This document shows positions 61,147-64,000 of a stretch of DNA of 64,000 nt, piece after piece. Within the stretch, counting starts at the first letter, position 1. Every line of letters starts with the position of its first letter. A program made the translations under genes and the position numbers. A model generated the notes under the pieces. That model had not been told where the DNA came from. It was given only the letters and a program-made list of their open reading frames with translations, and did no database searches. Source of the stretch: Squalus acanthias. Taxonomy: Eukaryota. The DNA is taken from positions 17,548,001-17,612,000 of the forward strand of contig CM059433.1 in NCBI GenBank assembly GCA_030390025.1, written 5' to 3'.

Positions 61147-61621
61147 GAGCAAGATTTGTTGTGATTCTTGGAGCTTTGTAAAATTGCCATCTTTTATTTT
61201 TACTTTTGTTGAAGTTTTTCGTGTGTGTTTTGCACTTCACAGCCACTGTCAGCTGGTTGGCAAACATCACTGAAGTCAAAGAGCAGGCAAGATGGTGGTG
61301 CTTATACACACTAGGCCGTTGAGCCGGCAGAGATAATAGTCTCAGTTTCTAATGTTCGCCCGGAGACAAGGGTTGAATCCCGAATAAGAAAAGTAGATAA
61401 TAGATTTCTCTTGGTAATGGTGATTAACAACCGTATCTAGCATTTTCTTCCTAACCCACAGCCAACATGAAAAGACGGCAAAAAATTGCCTTGAATTCTG
61501 CAGCAAATTATATGGTACTGCTCTGTGCACCACTACATACATTTAGCCAAGCCATAGATTAGGGGGAGGGAGTAATCATTCTCTGTGCTTGCAAACAAAG
61601 CTCTATTCCTCAGCATTTTTG

Positions 61622-61761
61622 TCATAGAATCATAGATTGATACAGCACAGAAGGAGCTGTGCTGGCTCTTTGAAAGAACTATCCAATTAATCCCATTCCC
61701 CTGCCCTTTCCACATAACCCTGCAGATTTTTCCCCTTCAAGTATTTATCCAATTCCTTTTA
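61622..61761 (-). mobile_element. CR1 3' terminal fragment
   Basis: TCATAGAATCATAG tail; matches 40823-40975. Confidence 0.8.
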
Positions 61762-61899
61762 GAATAGCAAAGAAACTAACAAGGAGTAAACTAACAGGGA
61801 TTTATGACCTATAACATTCAAATATTATTTTGTGTTGGAACTGTGAATACAAATATGTAAATGTTACCTATATTATCACCTAGAATGTTTCCACCTAAA

Positions 61900-62210
61900 G
61901 CATTTCTATAGCAGCTCTCACGACCAGCACATTCCAAAGCGCTTCACAGCCAAAGAAATACTTTTGAAGTGTAGTCACTGTTGTAATGTAAGCAACGAGG
62001 CAGCCAATTTGCGCACAACAAGGTCCCATAAACAGCAGTGAAATACATGATCAGATAATCTGTTTTAGTGATGTTGGTTGAGGGATAAATATTGGCCAGA
62101 ACACTGGGGAAAACTCCTCTGCTCTTCTTCGAAAAGTGTCATGGGAGGGATCTTTAACGTTCACCTGAGAGGGCAGCCGGGGTCTTGATTTAACGTCTTA
62201 TCCAAAAGAA
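61900..62210 (-). mobile_element. 5'-truncated Deu SINE
   Basis: TTTTGAAGTGTAGTCACTGTTGTAATGTA..CACCTGAGAGGGCAG..TTTAACGTCTTATCCAAAAGA. Confidence 0.85.
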
Positions 62211-62524
62211 CGGGAGTTATTTATTAATATATCCCATTTATATATTTCACAGATTTCTGCACTTACTTTTTTAGGTGTGTTTTATTGTGGCTCACTTTCT
62301 AATGTCACTTCATTCCAAAATCTTGGAACACTCGGTGCACACATGAAGCTAGAAACCCTGGTGCTTATTTAAGGCTGAAAATGAGCAGCAATTATACAAG
62401 CAACCCAAGGCCACAAATAATTTCACCAGATGGACACACATATAGCAGCATTCGATATTTGTTCTTACAGAATCTTGTAACACCTATCAACAATAGATTG
62501 ATTACGCAGGTAGTTAGCCTGACC

Positions 62525-62877
62525 ATTGGACCCCCCGCCACCACCCCCCCCACCCTGCGATGCGGTCCCCCCGGACCACAATTGGACCCCCCCCCCCGGT
62601 GATCCCGACTCCCCCCCACTCCCGCCCACGATCTCGCTCACTCCCCAATACACCTATCTGCTCTCGTAGGCTTCGGCCTTGTGAAGAAGGCTTCCCACCC
62701 GAAAGGCCTCCAGCCTGTCAATCAGGCTACCTGTGGGCGGGAACCCCACAGAAAAAAATTTAAAGCAGCTCTGCATTTAAATTCTTCAGGGCATTCGGGA
62801 AACCCGTTCTTCCGGGTTTCCCGACCTCACAACAGCCCCCCTGGACAGAACTCGCCTCCAGGCTAAAATCCAGGTCC
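62525..62877. mobile_element. Partial GC-rich MITE-like element
   Basis: C-rich arm ending TAAAATCCAGGTCC, similar to other MITE termini; left TIR not seen. Confidence 0.4.
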
Positions 62878-62934
62878 ATGTCCCCGACAAACTGGTGAAC
62901 CCCTTTACTGCCTCATATCTAGTTAATTAATAGC

Positions 62935-63735
62935 ATGACCCAGGGATCGGAACAAAACATTGAACGCTGAGCCAAAGTTATTGGAGGGCTGACTTAAAGC
63001 TTGGTCAAGGAGGTGTGTTTTAAGGAAGGTCTTAAAGGCGGACAAGAAAGCGGAGGGGTTTAGGGAGGGAAGTTCAGCTGGTGGGGTCGAGGCAGCTGAC
63101 AGTCTAGCCGCCAATGATGTGGTAAAGGGAAGGAACAGTTACACAAAGACCACAGTCAGAGGAGTGGGCAATTCGGGGGGTGGAGGGTTGTGGGGCTGGA
63201 GGAGGTTACAGTGATCGCAAAGGACAAACTCATGAAGGTATTTAAACATGAGGATGAGAATTTAAAATTTCAGGCAGTGGGAACTGGGGGCCGATGTAAT
63301 CCAGCGAGAGCAGGGGTGATGGGTGAGCATAGATAGGATATGGGCAGCAGAGTTTTGGAGGGGCTGAAGTTTACGGAATGTGGAGGATGGACAGCCAGCC
63401 AGGAAAGCATTGGAATAGTAGAGCCCAGCTGTGATAAAAACATGGATGCGGGTTTCAGCAGCAGATAGGCTGAGTCAGGCAGGCGATGTTACAGAGGTGA
63501 AAGTAGGCAGTCTTTTTGATGGAAAGTATATGGGGTCAGAAGCTTAGTTTGGGGGTCGAATAGGACTTTGAAAAATGTGACCAGTCTGGTTCAGCCTGAG
63601 ACAGTGGCTGGAGAGGGCGGAGGGAGGTGGAATCGGCAGTAAAGGTACAGGGTTTGTGACAATGGCCAAGGACAATGGCTTCAGTCTTTCCAATGTTTGG
63701 CTGCAGCAAATTGCAGCTCATCCAAGACCTGTTGT
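62935..63735 (-). mobile_element. Decayed L2 3' fragment
   Basis: NLLQPNIGKTEAIVLG peptide; collinear with 1-800. Confidence 0.8.
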
Positions 63736-63739
63736 CATC

Positions 63740-64000
63740 ATCTTCTTTTTCTTAGGCAGTCCCTCGGAACCGAGGATGACTTGCTTCCACATTAAAAATG
63801 AGTTCTCAGGTGACTGATGAGTCCAATGCGGGACCTACAGTCTCTGTCACAGGTGGGGCAGACAGTGGTTGAAGGGGCGGGTGGGTGGGGTGCTCGGGTT
63901 GACATGCGCTCCTTGCGCTTGGCTTCCGCTTGCTCCCGGCGAAGAGACACGAGGTGTTCGGCGCCTTCCCGGATGCTTCTCCTCCACTTTGTGCGGTCTT
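63740..64000 (-). mobile_element. RTE LINE 3' end (same family as 31124-32629), runs off window
   Basis: TTCTTAGGCAGTCCCTC..AAAAATGAGTTCTCAGGTGACTGATGAGTCCAATGCGGGACC nearly identical to 31130-31380. Confidence 0.93.

Overview
Eukaryotic, repeat-dense genomic DNA, almost certainly from a cartilaginous fish (shark/ray). This is inferred from the element set: a tRNA/Deu-type SINE resembling dogfish SacSINE1, L2 and CR1 LINEs with shark-type tails, and Penelope elements. I find no convincing host protein-coding exon, rRNA, true tRNA or CRISPR array, so the window looks intronic or intergenic. It holds L2, CR1, a second CR1-group LINE, RTE and Penelope retroelements, three SINE families, at least one solo LTR, a Tigger-like MITE and many PIF/Harbinger-like DNA elements. 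Highlights: (1) a 3.2-kb Harbinger (6492-9685) with perfect 17-bp TIRs, an open three-exon Myb/SANT gene and a transposase reduced to a 72-aa N+C fusion; (2) an RTE insertion flanked by a ~314-bp direct duplication, each copy later hit by a different element, giving built-in empty-site controls; (3) a 243-bp non-coding Penelope-derived insertion that is a perfect 206-bp palindrome with a minimal hammerhead-ribozyme motif on each strand and a 13-bp TSD; (4) a three-level, four-element nested stack around a near-full-length CR1 (51.7-57.9 kb). Coordinates were read by eye; ends of old decayed repeats are approximate, and family names come from motif recognition, not database searches.
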